From an uncultured Erysipelothrix sp. (GTDB lineage Bacteria > Bacillota_I > Bacilli_A > Erysipelotrichales > Erysipelotrichaceae), in the NCBI GenBank assembly GCA_964635335.1, contig CAZWPP010000001.1, forward strand, positions 1 to 39,359: 39,359 bases of DNA, given 5' to 3'. Under the pieces are notes generated by a model. It made no database searches. It had not been told where the DNA came from and saw nothing but the letters and a program-made list of their open reading frames with translations. Of the stretch, positions 25,878 to 36,108 are shown piece after piece; position 1 is the stretch's first letter, and each line of letters begins with the position of its first letter. The position numbers and the translations under genes were made by a program.

Positions 25878-26461
25878 CTATTACAGGATCAATTGGGTCT
25901 GGAAAAAGTGCAGTCAGTTTGTACTTAAGAGGCAAAGGATACTGTGTTTTAAGTGCGGATGAAATTGTTAGTAATTTGTATGAAATGGATAACAAACTGA
26001 AGTTTGAACTTCAATCGTTGACAAATCAAGAGTTAATTATTGAAAATAAGATAAATAAGAAGGTAATGTCTCATTTACTGTTTACAAATATAGAGTTCAA
26101 ACAAAAGGCGCAACAACTTATTCATAAACGTGTTTATGAAGAAATATTTAAAGGTGTTGATGAATGCCATCAAGCAATTGTATTTGTTGAAGTGCCTCTT
26201 TTATTTGAAACTCAAATGGAGAAATATTTTGATCAAGTAATTGTAGTGGATATAGATGATCAAACTCGAGTTGATAGACTCATGAAATACAGAGGACTAA
26301 CTTTAGACGTTATCAAAGAACGTTTAAAACATCAAATGGACAGACATATAAAACGTGAAAAAGCAGATATAGTATTTTATAACAATGGTGATATAGACGA
26401 ACTGTTTCTTCAAATCGATGATTACTTGAAAGGAATTCAATATGATACTCTCAACAATTAA
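25850..26461 (+). CDS. coaE: Dephospho-CoA kinase
   Basis: The track ORF was trimmed to the ATG at 25850 (MSKAKKKSIAITGSIGSGKS P-loop). It overlaps the mutM end. The polA-mutM-coaE synteny is typical of Bacillota. Confidence 0.9.
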   Translation: MSKAKKKSIAITGSIGSGKSAVSLYLRGKGYCVLSADEIVSNLYEMDNKLKFELQSLTNQELIIENKINKKVMSHLLFTNIEFKQKAQQLIHKRVYEEIFKGVDECHQAIVFVEVPLLFETQMEKYFDQVIVVDIDDQTRVDRLMKYRGLTLDVIKERLKHQMDRHIKREKADIVFYNNGDIDELFLQIDDYLKGIQYDTLNN

Positions 26462-27572
26462 GTGTGATTTTTATGGAAGAAGTGAGTTACTAAAAGATGA
26501 AACAGCAGTTTTATCTCTTTTGTATGCGCCATTGATGGAAGATTGCAGCTTAAATCTCTACATGAGTATGATTTCACTCAATGCTTTAAAAGTTAATGGA
26601 AACTATGATCTTTTGATGAAACTTAATCACTTGAGTCTTGCTGAGTTAGAAGGCTGTAAAGAAGATTTAGAAAAACTACAGCTAATTAAAACATATTTTC
26701 ATGAAGGAAAACATCAAATAGTAATTCAACCACCGAAATCACTCCAAGAATTTCTAAAACACGAAGTGTTAGCTCGTTTGTATTTACAGAAAATGGGAGC
26801 TGAGCTGTATCATGAACTCATCGCTTACTTCCAATTAAAGACATCTGATAACTTAGGTACTGAAATAAGTTCTTCCTATGATTCGAGTATCTTTAAGAAT
26901 TATTCAAAAAAACAAGAGCAACAGTTACAGGAAGTGTTATCAAATAGTGTTCAATCTAATTTTGATAAACAACTGTTTCTACAGATTGCGACAAATACAA
27001 TGTTTCCGAGTAGTCTTAGAACAAATGAAAATCTAAATATCATCGAAGAATTATTTAATCGATATTCACCTACTTTAAGAGAAATGGTAAATAAAGTTGC
27101 TAATTGTATTGATAAAAACAATAATTTTGATATCGAAGAACTTAGACGATCGATGCTGGATTCATTGATTGATATTCCTGGTGATGTTAGTAATCCACTA
27201 CAATGGAAAGCAGAACAATTCTTACAACAAAAACAACCAGATGTACCAATTATTGAAGCAGATTTAATGATTATTGAGTTACTTCGATCTAAGTATAAAT
27301 TTGATGATTCTATCATTAATGTGATCATTGATTATGCTTTAACAAATGGCAAAGGACAACTCAATAAGAATTACGTAGAAAAGATTGCTACAACATTTAA
27401 ACGTAACAAAGTTAATGATCTTGAAAGCGCAAAAGAATCTCTTTCGTTTGAAAAACCATTCAAAGTAACGAGCAAGTCAGTTAAAAAGGTGCAGTACCAA
27501 ATTGATTCAGAAGAAAAAGCAGATCCTAAAGCGATTGAAGAAGTGTTAGCTAAATTAAAGAAGGGAGATTAA
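26442..27572 (+). CDS. dnaB: Replication initiation / helicase-loading protein DnaB (Bacillus type, DnaD-like domains)
   Basis: 376 aa. The C-terminal DnaD/DnaB-type repeat (IIDYALTNGKGQLNKNYVEKIATTFKRNKV) and its position immediately upstream of dnaI support the call. Confidence 0.7.
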   Translation: MILSTIKCDFYGRSELLKDETAVLSLLYAPLMEDCSLNLYMSMISLNALKVNGNYDLLMKLNHLSLAELEGCKEDLEKLQLIKTYFHEGKHQIVIQPPKSLQEFLKHEVLARLYLQKMGAELYHELIAYFQLKTSDNLGTEISSSYDSSIFKNYSKKQEQQLQEVLSNSVQSNFDKQLFLQIATNTMFPSSLRTNENLNIIEELFNRYSPTLREMVNKVANCIDKNNNFDIEELRRSMLDSLIDIPGDVSNPLQWKAEQFLQQKQPDVPIIEADLMIIELLRSKYKFDDSIINVIIDYALTNGKGQLNKNYVEKIATTFKRNKVNDLESAKESLSFEKPFKVTSKSVKKVQYQIDSEEKADPKAIEEVLAKLKKGD

Positions 27573-27573
27573 C

Positions 27574-28488
27574 ATGGACATTGGTTTGAAGCTAAAGATG
27601 AATAAACAACAAGAAGAGTACAATATTAAACTTCTTAATGAACTTAAAAATCATCCGATGGTCATTCGATTTTTAAAAGATAATGATATTGGAGTTGAGG
27701 TCTTAGAAAAGAATTTGTCTAAATTTGATCGGTATGTTCGTTATCATGAAAATGAACAAACAATGAAAGAATTTAAGATTGATGGATATGATCTACAATT
27801 GTCATATCAAAATAACGTGGTTGATTTCCAATATGTCGTCAATGAGACAATTGCCAAACAGAAAAGTCTAACGAAACATCTTGAGTATTATTTGATTAAC
27901 CATCTACCAGAAAGTTTTTATTTGAATAATTTTGAAAAACTTGATTTAGCAGATGAGTCACCGAATTACTTAAATATTGTTTCTAAGCTAATTGATCTGA
28001 GTGTAAGTTCTAAAAAAAGAGGATTGTTTTTATTTGGTAATGTCGGATGTGGTAAGAGTTATTTAATGGCTTGTTTAGCAAACCGTTTCGCAAGTAATCA
28101 AAAAACAGTATGTTTTGTAAAAGTTAATCGTTTAATTAATGATCTGAAATCATCATTTAACTCCTTTAGTGACTTTAAAGAAAAGACGATGAGACAGATG
28201 ATGGGTTGTAATTTGTTAATACTTGACGATATTGGTGCTGAGAATCCATCGGCTTGGTCTAGAGATGAGATCTTGTTTACAATTTTGGACCACCGAATGG
28301 AAAATGGTTTATTAACATGTTTTACTAGTAATTTAGATAAAGAAGCTATTAAATATCATTATTTACATGCATCTGGAAACACAGATCCGAATAAAACTGA
28401 CCGATTAATGGAACGATTTGTTGTCTTGTCTGAGTTTGTAGAGTTGAAGTCATCTTATCAGTCACGAAGACTAACGAATACTATATAA
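27574..28488 (+). CDS. dnaI: Primosomal helicase loader DnaI (AAA+)
   Basis: 304 aa with Walker A GNVGCGKSY and Walker B LLILDDIGAE. The start is 1 nt after the dnaB stop. Confidence 0.9.
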   Translation: MDIGLKLKMNKQQEEYNIKLLNELKNHPMVIRFLKDNDIGVEVLEKNLSKFDRYVRYHENEQTMKEFKIDGYDLQLSYQNNVVDFQYVVNETIAKQKSLTKHLEYYLINHLPESFYLNNFEKLDLADESPNYLNIVSKLIDLSVSSKKRGLFLFGNVGCGKSYLMACLANRFASNQKTVCFVKVNRLINDLKSSFNSFSDFKEKTMRQMMGCNLLILDDIGAENPSAWSRDEILFTILDHRMENGLLTCFTSNLDKEAIKYHYLHASGNTDPNKTDRLMERFVVLSEFVELKSSYQSRRLTNTI

Positions 28489-28500
28489 TTATGGATTCTA

Positions 28501-28537
28501 AAGGTCCTGTTTCAATTGAATCAGGGCCTTATTTTTG
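28501..28537 (+). terminator. Terminator after dnaI
   Basis: AAGGTCCTG-12 nt loop-CAGGGCCTT (one G-U pair) followed by ATTTTTG. Confidence 0.65.
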
Positions 28538-28563
28538 ATAAAATGATTGTGGAGGAAATTTCA

Positions 28564-29520
28564 ATGAAAATAGGGGTATTAACTTCTGGAGGGGACTCTC
28601 CGGGAATGAATGCTGCCATTCGCGCAGTTGTTCGTTCAGCGACAAGCCAAGGAATTGAAGTCTATGGTATTTATGATGGATACAAAGGACTTGTTGAAAA
28701 TAATATGACTGAGTTAACACGCAAATCTGTTTCTGACATGATTTTAAAGGGTGGAACGATGTTAGGTTCGGCGCGTTTACCTGAGTTCAAAGAAGATAGC
28801 GTTCAATTAAAAGCAGTAGAGGTTTGTCAACAAAGAGGAATTAATGGTATTGTTGTCATTGGAGGAGATGGAACCTATAAAGGAGCTGCAGCACTATCCA
28901 ATCTTGGTATTAATTGTATAGCTTTACCAGCTACGATTGATAATGATATTGCGAGTACTGATTACTCAATAGGTTTTGACACTGCATTAAATACCATAGT
29001 TGAAAATGTGGATAAATTACGAGATACCTCCAGTTCTCACCATCGATGCTCCGTCATTCAAGTAATGGGTAATCGTTGTGGTGACTTGGCACTTTATGCC
29101 GCTTTAAGTACTGGTGCCGAAATAGTGATTACTAAAGAAACTGGCTTTGATGAAGCGGAAATGCTTGAAAGACTTCGTTATTATGAAAACACAAAGAAAA
29201 AGAATCATGCGATAGTTATTCTTTCTGAAAAAATAACAGATGCTGAGTTATTAGCACAAAAGATCAGTAAAAATACTGGATTTTCTGGAAGAGCTACAGT
29301 TCTGGGACACATTCAAAGAGGTGGAAGTCCAACACCATTCGATCGAATTTTAGCAACTAGAATGGGTGATAAAGCAGTTGAACGTTTGATTGAAGGTTAT
29401 CGAAGTGAATGTATTTGTATTCGCGATAATAAAATTATTGCGTTAGATATTGATGAAGCATTGTCAATGACAACTCCTTCTCGTAAAGAGTTGTTTGAAT
29501 TACATGATCGTTTAATTTAG
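28564..29520 (+). CDS. pfkA: ATP-dependent 6-phosphofructokinase
   Basis: The track ORF was trimmed to the ATG at 28564, which follows GGAGGA. It starts MKIGVLTSGGDSPGMNAAIR and also has GGDGTYKGA and TVLGHIQRGG. Confidence 0.97.
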   Translation: MKIGVLTSGGDSPGMNAAIRAVVRSATSQGIEVYGIYDGYKGLVENNMTELTRKSVSDMILKGGTMLGSARLPEFKEDSVQLKAVEVCQQRGINGIVVIGGDGTYKGAAALSNLGINCIALPATIDNDIASTDYSIGFDTALNTIVENVDKLRDTSSSHHRCSVIQVMGNRCGDLALYAALSTGAEIVITKETGFDEAEMLERLRYYENTKKKNHAIVILSEKITDAELLAQKISKNTGFSGRATVLGHIQRGGSPTPFDRILATRMGDKAVERLIEGYRSECICIRDNKIIALDIDEALSMTTPSRKELFELHDRLI

Positions 29521-29535
29521 AAAGAAGGAAAGAAA

Positions 29536-30963
29536 ATGATAGAAGTTAGAAAAACAAAGATTATCTGTACATTAGGACCTGCGACAAATAACGCAGACAT
29601 GGTTTTAAAACTTGCGGAAAGAGGAATGAACATTGTTCGTTTAAATTTTTCACATGGTGACTATGAAAGTCATAAAGCCAATATTGAATTAGTTAAAAAA
29701 GTAGCAAATGATTCTGGATACACATTAGCCATTATGGGAGATACCAAAGGACCTGAAATACGTTGTGGTGACATGGAGAATGGTTCTGTTGAGTTTAAAA
29801 CAGGAGATATTGTAAATGTTGTTAGAGATACTGTAATTGGTAATAAAGATCGTTTTAGTATATCAGTTCCTGAGTTGTTTGATGATGTGAAAGTAAATGA
29901 TTATTTACTAATTGATGATGGAAAAATGCGCTTAACTATTCTAGAAAACAATCAAGCAGGTGTATTAAAGTGTCGAGTTGAAAATTTTGGCGTCATTAAA
30001 ACTCGTAAGGGAGTTAATGTACCTAATGTAAAACTATCGATGCCATTTATTTCTGAAAAAGACAACAGTGATATTCGCTTTATGGCTCAACAAGGTGTTG
30101 ATTTCATTGCATCTAGTTTTGTTCGTAGGGCACAAGATGTTAAAGAAATTAGGGAAATTCTGAAAGATGAAGGTTCTCCAAAAGTTCAAATTATTGCTAA
30201 AATTGAAAACCAAGAAGGATATGACAACCTCGATGAAATTCTGCAAGTAGCTGATGCAATTATGGTGGCTCGTGGAGATCTAGGAGTGGAAATCTCTACT
30301 CAGTTAGTACCTATCTATCAAAAGAAAATGATTGCGATGGCAAACGAGTACGGAAAACCAGTTATTACAGCTACACACATGTTAGAGTCAATGATGGCAA
30401 GTCCGCGACCTACTCGTGCTGAAGCAAGTGATGTTGCCAATGCGATTCTAGATGGCTCCGATGCAATTATGACTTCTGGTGAAACTGCTGCAGGAGCTTA
30501 TCCGTTAGAAGCAGTTGAAACGATGAATACGATTGCCATGGCTATTGAAAAAATTATTCCTTACAAAGAACGTTTGTTACACGCTAAAGAATCATCAGCA
30601 AGAACAGTTCAAGACAGTATCGGTATTTCGGTTGCAGACGTTGCTTTACAACTAGATGAAGTAGAAGCAATTGTAGCATTTACTCAAGGAGGATCAACTG
30701 CAAGAAGAATCTCTAAGTTTAGACCACAAGTGCCAATTCTTGCGGTAACATTTACGGAAGAAGTTCAACGTTCATTGCAAGCATATTGGGGTGTAATTCC
30801 AATCTTTAGTGATATTCAAAACAATATGCACAATGACGATGAGTTAGCGTCGATTATTGCTAAAACATTTGGTATTGAAAAAGGAAAATCTGTAATTATT
30901 ACTGCTGGGTACCCTACTGGTGAGGGAACCGCAAACATGATGAAAATTGTTGAAGTAAAATAA
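29536..30963 (+). CDS. pyk: Pyruvate kinase (no C-terminal PEP-utilizer extension)
   Basis: 475 aa with KIICTLGPA, RLNFSHG, MVARGDLGVE and TQMLESM-like (THMLESM) motifs. Confidence 0.97.
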   Translation: MIEVRKTKIICTLGPATNNADMVLKLAERGMNIVRLNFSHGDYESHKANIELVKKVANDSGYTLAIMGDTKGPEIRCGDMENGSVEFKTGDIVNVVRDTVIGNKDRFSISVPELFDDVKVNDYLLIDDGKMRLTILENNQAGVLKCRVENFGVIKTRKGVNVPNVKLSMPFISEKDNSDIRFMAQQGVDFIASSFVRRAQDVKEIREILKDEGSPKVQIIAKIENQEGYDNLDEILQVADAIMVARGDLGVEISTQLVPIYQKKMIAMANEYGKPVITATHMLESMMASPRPTRAEASDVANAILDGSDAIMTSGETAAGAYPLEAVETMNTIAMAIEKIIPYKERLLHAKESSARTVQDSIGISVADVALQLDEVEAIVAFTQGGSTARRISKFRPQVPILAVTFTEEVQRSLQAYWGVIPIFSDIQNNMHNDDELASIIAKTFGIEKGKSVIITAGYPTGEGTANMMKIVEVK

Positions 30964-30981
30964 ACACAATAGGAGGACACT

Positions 30982-31881
30982 ATGAAGCATTATTTAGGGA
31001 TTGATTTAGGTGGAACTAACATTAGAATTGCTAAAGTAAGTGAAGATGGCCAAATACTACAAGAGGTTAAAGCACCTTCGTTTGCAAGTGAAAGTGCTGA
31101 AGTCATTCTTGAGAATGTATTTAAGCAAATAGACGCTATCAGTGATTTAGATACTGTTTCTGGAATTGGATTTGCGGTACCAGGACCAGTTGATCAAGAA
31201 AAAGGCTGGATGAATATGGCATCCAACATTCCAGCTTTAAAGCATTTTCCACTGGTAGATAGAGTAAAAAGTCGCTATAACCTTGATGTTGTCATGGATA
31301 ATGATGCCAATGTTGCTGGACTTGCTGAAGCATTAGTAGGAGCAGGAAAAGGACAACCAATTGTTGTTTACATTACTTTATCAACAGGTATTGGTGCAGG
31401 GATTGTTATTAATGGTCAGACTATTTCAGGTAAGAATGGTTATGCAGGAGAAATTGCCAACATAATTGTTGATGCGAGTTTGCCTAAACTCAATCACCTT
31501 AATCATGGTGCTGTTGAAAACGAAGCGTCGGGTACTGCACTAGTTCGTAAAGCACGTGCCAGAATTGATGAGAATATTACTCATGCAGGACAACTTTTTG
31601 ATCTAGTTAAAGAAGGAAATGAAGAAGCAATTAAAATAAAGAATGAAATGATTCATGATTTAGCAATCGCACTGTCAGCTATTGCCCATGTTTTAGATCC
31701 TCATGTCTTTGTTTTAGGTGGTGGTGTTATGAAAAGTGCTGATGTCTTTTTAGATGATTTAATTAAAGAGTACAATGAGCGAGTACATCCTCAAATGAGA
31801 AGTGTAGAGTTTAAGAAAGCTCAGTTAGATGAGCCGGGAATTATTGGAGCAGCAATGCTACCTAAATCGAAAGGATATTAA
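30982..31881 (+). CDS. ROK-family sugar kinase (putative glucokinase) lacking the zinc-binding motif
   Basis: 299 aa with GIDLGGTNIRIA, DNDANVAGLAE and LSTGIGAGIV. The GH...CxCGxxGCxE region is replaced by GEIAN...LNHLNHGAVE. It follows pfkA-pyk. Confidence 0.75.
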   Translation: MKHYLGIDLGGTNIRIAKVSEDGQILQEVKAPSFASESAEVILENVFKQIDAISDLDTVSGIGFAVPGPVDQEKGWMNMASNIPALKHFPLVDRVKSRYNLDVVMDNDANVAGLAEALVGAGKGQPIVVYITLSTGIGAGIVINGQTISGKNGYAGEIANIIVDASLPKLNHLNHGAVENEASGTALVRKARARIDENITHAGQLFDLVKEGNEEAIKIKNEMIHDLAIALSAIAHVLDPHVFVLGGGVMKSADVFLDDLIKEYNERVHPQMRSVEFKKAQLDEPGIIGAAMLPKSKGY

Positions 31882-31884
31882 TAG

Positions 31885-33126
31885 ATGGTAAGCCAAAATA
31901 TATTAAGAAAATATGCGCAGTTAGCAGTAGTCATGGGATCTAATGTTCAACCTGGACAAACTTTAATGATTCAAGCCGACACAGATAGTAATTATTTCGT
32001 CCGTTTATGTGTTGAAGAAGCCTATAAAGCAGGAGCAAAAGAAGTATTAGTTGAATGGAATGATCAACTAACCAGTAGAATTCATTATGATCATGCTTCT
32101 ACAGAGACTTTGAAAGAAGTGAAATCTTACATTTTAGATAAAACACAGTATTGGATGGATAATAAAATATGTCGTTTGAATGTTTATTCACCGATCCCTG
32201 GTTTGTTAGAAGGTGTTGATCCTCAAAAGATTCAAGAAGTAGCTATTGCTCAAATGGCACCTAAAGTTCGTCAAGAATTTAAACAATTTTCTATGGCAAA
32301 TAAAACACAATGGTGTTTGATTTCCATCCCAAACAAACAATGGGCAGAAAAATGTTTTCCAAATGAAACAGGTGAAAAAGCAATTGAGCTATTGTGGCAT
32401 TCAATTCTAAGTGCGGTTCATGTCAATGAAGACAATGATCCAATATCAGTGTGGGTAGAACACAATAAAGTTCTTCATGCTCACAATGAAGCTTTGAACA
32501 ACTTCAATTTTAAATCACTCCATTTTAAGAATAGTAAAGGAACAGATTTAGAAGTTGGTCTAGTTAAAGATCACATTTGGTGTGGAGGCTCTGAGATTGG
32601 TCAAAATGGAGTAGAATTTAACCCGAACATGCCTACTGAAGAAAGCTTTACAATGCCTGATAGAGAACGTGTTTATGGTCGTGTTTATAGTACTAAACCT
32701 TTAAATTACGGTGGAGTCTTAATTGATGAATTCTGGTTAGAGTTTAACGACGGAAAAGTTGTTGATTTTGACGCCAAAGAAAACAGAGAAACACTAGCTA
32801 GACTTCTTGATTTTGATGAAGGATCTCGTCATATTGGTGAAATCGCATTAATTTCAGATGATAGTCCAATTTCAAACTCAAAAGTTCTATTTTATAATAC
32901 ATTATTTGATGAAAACGCTAGTTGTCATATGGCACTAGGTGCTGCTTATCCAATGAATGTCAAAGGTGGGTTACAAATGAATGAAGAAGAACTTTTTGAA
33001 GCAAAAGCAAATCGTTCTTCACAACACGAAGATTTTATGTTTGGAAGTAGTGACATGGAAATAATTGGTGAAACCTATGATGGAGAGATGATTCAAGTTT
33101 TTAAAGATGGGAACTTCGTTTTCTAA
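31885..33126 (+). CDS. Aminopeptidase, M29 family (AmpS/PepS-like)
   Basis: 413 aa. N-terminus LRKYAQLAVVMGSNVQPGQTLMI and C-terminal FDENASCHMALGAAY are typical of thermophilic-metalloprotease M29 enzymes. Confidence 0.85.
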   Translation: MVSQNILRKYAQLAVVMGSNVQPGQTLMIQADTDSNYFVRLCVEEAYKAGAKEVLVEWNDQLTSRIHYDHASTETLKEVKSYILDKTQYWMDNKICRLNVYSPIPGLLEGVDPQKIQEVAIAQMAPKVRQEFKQFSMANKTQWCLISIPNKQWAEKCFPNETGEKAIELLWHSILSAVHVNEDNDPISVWVEHNKVLHAHNEALNNFNFKSLHFKNSKGTDLEVGLVKDHIWCGGSEIGQNGVEFNPNMPTEESFTMPDRERVYGRVYSTKPLNYGGVLIDEFWLEFNDGKVVDFDAKENRETLARLLDFDEGSRHIGEIALISDDSPISNSKVLFYNTLFDENASCHMALGAAYPMNVKGGLQMNEEELFEAKANRSSQHEDFMFGSSDMEIIGETYDGEMIQVFKDGNFVF

Positions 33127-34055
33127 TGCTAGTCATTGGAACCTATACAGCTAAAAAGAGTCAAGGACTATATAAGGTAGAAAATAACTCAATCGAGTTG
33201 TTTTCTGCTTTTTCTAATCCAACATATGTCATTAAAAATAACGACTATTATTACACCTATAGCAACGGTAACAATGAAATCAAGATGATTGTCACAGATT
33301 TGAAAGGAAACATTGTTGATTCTTGTGTTTCAACTGAAACAAAAGTACCATGTTTTATTGCTAAACATTCTAAACTTGATTATGTCATCACAGCAAATTA
33401 TCATGAACACAAACTTATTCTATATAATAAGATTGATGGTAAATATTCTATAGTTGATATTTGGCAAACAGAAGATGTACACTCAAAATTACATCATATC
33501 TACTTTAATGAAGATGAATCTTTGTTCTATGTCTGTGATCTTGGATTAAGTAAAATCTATACTTTTGAAGTTGGTGAACGATTTGAAATGGTAGGAAAAA
33601 TTAGTTTACCCAAAGGAAGTGGACCACGGCATATGATTAGTGATAAAAGTCACCGGTTTTATTATGTGTTCACTGAATTAAGCTGTGAAGTATACGTGTT
33701 TGAAAAAATCAATAACACGTTTGTTTTAAAACAAGTTGTTGCTACAACAAAGCGAAATTCTGATAAAAGTGGCGCTGCGATTAGGATAAGTGAAGATAAT
33801 CGGTATCTTTATGTATCAAATCGTATCGAAGATTCTATTGTGTCTTTTTCGATAAAAAAGGGACGTTTGTTTTTTAATCAACGCATTAGTAGCTATGGTC
33901 AACATCCTCGAGATTTTAATTTGATTGAAAAGGGGTTGGTTGTTGCTAATCGGGATAGTGATAATCTTGTCTTTATGAAACGAAATCTTAAAGATGGAAA
34001 ACTAGAGTTTGATAAAGAAATAGAATGTTATGAACCCGTTTCTGTTTGTATATAA
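33126..34055 (+). CDS. Lactonase, 7-bladed beta-propeller (6-phosphogluconolactonase-like)
   Basis: 309 aa. N-terminus LVIGTYT....GLY plus GSGPRHM and a repeating blade pattern. The start overlaps the upstream stop (TAATG). Confidence 0.65.
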   Translation: MLVIGTYTAKKSQGLYKVENNSIELFSAFSNPTYVIKNNDYYYTYSNGNNEIKMIVTDLKGNIVDSCVSTETKVPCFIAKHSKLDYVITANYHEHKLILYNKIDGKYSIVDIWQTEDVHSKLHHIYFNEDESLFYVCDLGLSKIYTFEVGERFEMVGKISLPKGSGPRHMISDKSHRFYYVFTELSCEVYVFEKINNTFVLKQVVATTKRNSDKSGAAIRISEDNRYLYVSNRIEDSIVSFSIKKGRLFFNQRISSYGQHPRDFNLIEKGLVVANRDSDNLVFMKRNLKDGKLEFDKEIECYEPVSVCI

Positions 34056-34059
34056 GTGT

Positions 34060-34088
34060 TTGACACTTGTCTTTTAAACTCTTATAAT
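34060..34088 (+). promoter_or_regulatory. Consensus sigma-70 promoter of the thrS operon
   Basis: TTGACA (34060-34065), 17-nt spacer, TATAAT (34083-34088). Confidence 0.85.
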
Positions 34089-34094
34089 TAACAA

Positions 34095-34312
34095 GTAATA
34101 ACGATGATCAAGACATGAAGTAATAACCCTTGATTTAGAGAGAAGATGGTTGGTGAAAATCTTTGAAGAGGATACTACTTTACTCCTTGTTAGTTGGATA
34201 GCAAAAACTATTCCGTTGCTGGCGTTAACAGAATATAGGTAACGAAACTATCGTTACAAATTAAGGTGGTACCACGGATTCTCGTCCTTATGATGGGGAT
34301 CTTTTATTTTAT
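34095..34312 (+). promoter_or_regulatory. T-box riboswitch leader, threonine specifier (ACU)
   Basis: AG-bulge AGAGA (34137-34141), distal loop GGTTGGTGAAAA, and a specifier region with tandem ACT ACT (34174-34179; the first is followed by the conserved purine). T-box sequence AAATTAAGGTGGTACCACGG (34258-34277), then a weak hairpin and TTTTATTTT (about 34300-34310). Confidence 0.9.
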
Positions 34313-34329
34313 AAAAGGAGGAAGATTGT

Positions 34330-36108
34330 ATGAGTTTTGGTATTGATTTCAGAAAAGATGAACGATTAAATGTGTTGAATCATTCTACTGCCCATGTCAT
34401 GGCACAGGCAATAAAACGTTTGTATCCAAATGCTAAATTTTGGGTAGGACCTGTTGTAGAAGAAGGATTTTATTATGATGTAGATTTAGGGGATGAGATC
34501 ATCTCAGAAGCTGATTTTACGAGAATCGAAAAAGAAATGAAAAAGATTTCTAAAGAGAATAAGCGAATTACTCGAATGGAGTTAAGCAAAGCTGAAGCGT
34601 TGGAATTGTTTAAAGATGATTATTACAAATTAGATTTGATTAATCGTATGGATGAAAATGAAGTCGTCATTTCTGCATACAAACAAGGGGAATTCACTGA
34701 TTTATGCAGAGGTCCACATGTCGAAACTACCAAAGACGTAAAATTTTTTAAGTTGTCGAAAGTTGCTGGGGCTTATTGGAAGGGTGATGCGAATAACCAT
34801 ATTCTTCAAAGAGTGTATGGTTTTAGTTTTGATTCTCAAGAAGCGCTTGATGATTACTTAAATAGAATTGAAGAGGCAAAACAACGGGACCATCGAAAAC
34901 TTGGTAAAGAATTGAAGCTTTTCAATGTTACTCCTGAAGTAGGTTCTGGTTTACCATTCTGGTTGCCACGTGGTGCAACGATTCGTCGAATTATTGAACG
35001 CTATATCGTTGATAAAGAACTAGAACTTGGGTATGAACATGTATATACACCGATTATGGCTAACGTTGAATTGTACAAAACATCAGGGCACTGGGATCAT
35101 TATCATGAAAATATGTTTCCTCCAATGGATATGGGAGATGGGGAGATGTTGGTATTACGCCCAATGAACTGTCCACATCATATGGAGATTTATCGACAAG
35201 ATATTCATTCTTACAGAGAATTACCAATTAGAATTGCCGAATTAGGAATGATGCATCGCTATGAAAAGAGTGGGGCATTATCAGGTTTACAACGAGTTAG
35301 AGAAATGACGTTGAATGATGCTCACATCTTTGTTCGGTCAGATCAAATCAAAGATGAGTTTTTAAGAACACTTGATCTTGTTTTAGCTGTTTATAAAGAT
35401 TTTGATATGAAAGAATATGATTTCAGATTGTCGTATCGTGATCCTGAGAACAAGGAAAAATATTATGATGATGATCTCATGTGGGAAAAAGCTGAAAAGA
35501 TGATTAAAGATGCAATGGATGAACGTGGTGTTAGTTATTTTGAAGCAGTAGGGGAAGCAGCGTTCTATGGTCCAAAACTAGATATTCAAGTTAAAACAGC
35601 GATGGGAATTGATGAAACTTTATCAACCATCCAATTGGATTTCTTGTTACCTGAACGTTTTGATTTAACTTATGTTGGAAGTGATGGTAAGAATAATCAT
35701 CGTCCTGTTGTCATTCATCGTGGTGTCGTTTCTACAATGGAACGGTTTGTGGCATTCTTGATTGAAAAATACAAAGGTGCATTTCCATTATGGCTACATT
35801 TTAATCAAATGACGATTCTTCCAATTTCTAATGATAATCATTTAGAGTATGCTAAACAAGTTGAAAAAGAGCTGAAGAAACAAGGATTTAGAGTAACGTT
35901 GGATGAACGTAATGAAAAATTAGGTTACAAACTTCGTGAAGCTCAAATCCAAAAAACACCTTATCAACTAGTTTTAGGTGACCAAGAAGTTAGTGATAAA
36001 ACAGTTACAATTCGTAAGTATGGTCAACAAGGTAGTGAAACATTATCTTTACAGGAGTTTATTGATCGATGTAAAACTAAAATAGAAAATAAAGAGGTTG
36101 ATTATTAA
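34330..36108 (+). CDS. thrS: Threonine--tRNA ligase, lacking the N-terminal TGS domain
   Basis: 592 aa. It starts at the editing/second-additional domain ([17 protein letters not shown]) and has class II motifs [16 protein letters not shown]-like ([24 protein letters not shown]) and GPKLD. RBS AAAGGAGGAAG. Confidence 0.95.
   Translation: MSFGIDFRKDERLNVLNHSTAHVMAQAIKRLYPNAKFWVGPVVEEGFYYDVDLGDEIISEADFTRIEKEMKKISKENKRITRMELSKAEALELFKDDYYKLDLINRMDENEVVISAYKQGEFTDLCRGPHVETTKDVKFFKLSKVAGAYWKGDANNHILQRVYGFSFDSQEALDDYLNRIEEAKQRDHRKLGKELKLFNVTPEVGSGLPFWLPRGATIRRIIERYIVDKELELGYEHVYTPIMANVELYKTSGHWDHYHENMFPPMDMGDGEMLVLRPMNCPHHMEIYRQDIHSYRELPIRIAELGMMHRYEKSGALSGLQRVREMTLNDAHIFVRSDQIKDEFLRTLDLVLAVYKDFDMKEYDFRLSYRDPENKEKYYDDDLMWEKAEKMIKDAMDERGVSYFEAVGEAAFYGPKLDIQVKTAMGIDETLSTIQLDFLLPERFDLTYVGSDGKNNHRPVVIHRGVVSTMERFVAFLIEKYKGAFPLWLHFNQMTILPISNDNHLEYAKQVEKELKKQGFRVTLDERNEKLGYKLREAQIQKTPYQLVLGDQEVSDKTVTIRKYGQQGSETLSLQEFIDRCKTKIENKEVDY

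Noticed and set aside
28536-28544. TGATAAAAT as an extended -10 promoter for pfkA
   Set aside because: It would place the transcription start on top of the GGAGGA ribosome-binding site (28551-28556). It also overlaps the dnaI terminator tail, so it is not convincing.
1871-28563. N-terminal extensions implied by the longest-ORF track starts (1871, 2670, 10319, 10366, 14366, 15034, 16806, 21115, 25026, 25790, 28516)
   Set aside because: In each case an internal ATG has a proper SD and the family's canonical N-terminus (for example MPELPEV for Fpg and MKIGVLTSGGD for PfkA). The longer form would overlap the upstream gene or promoter.
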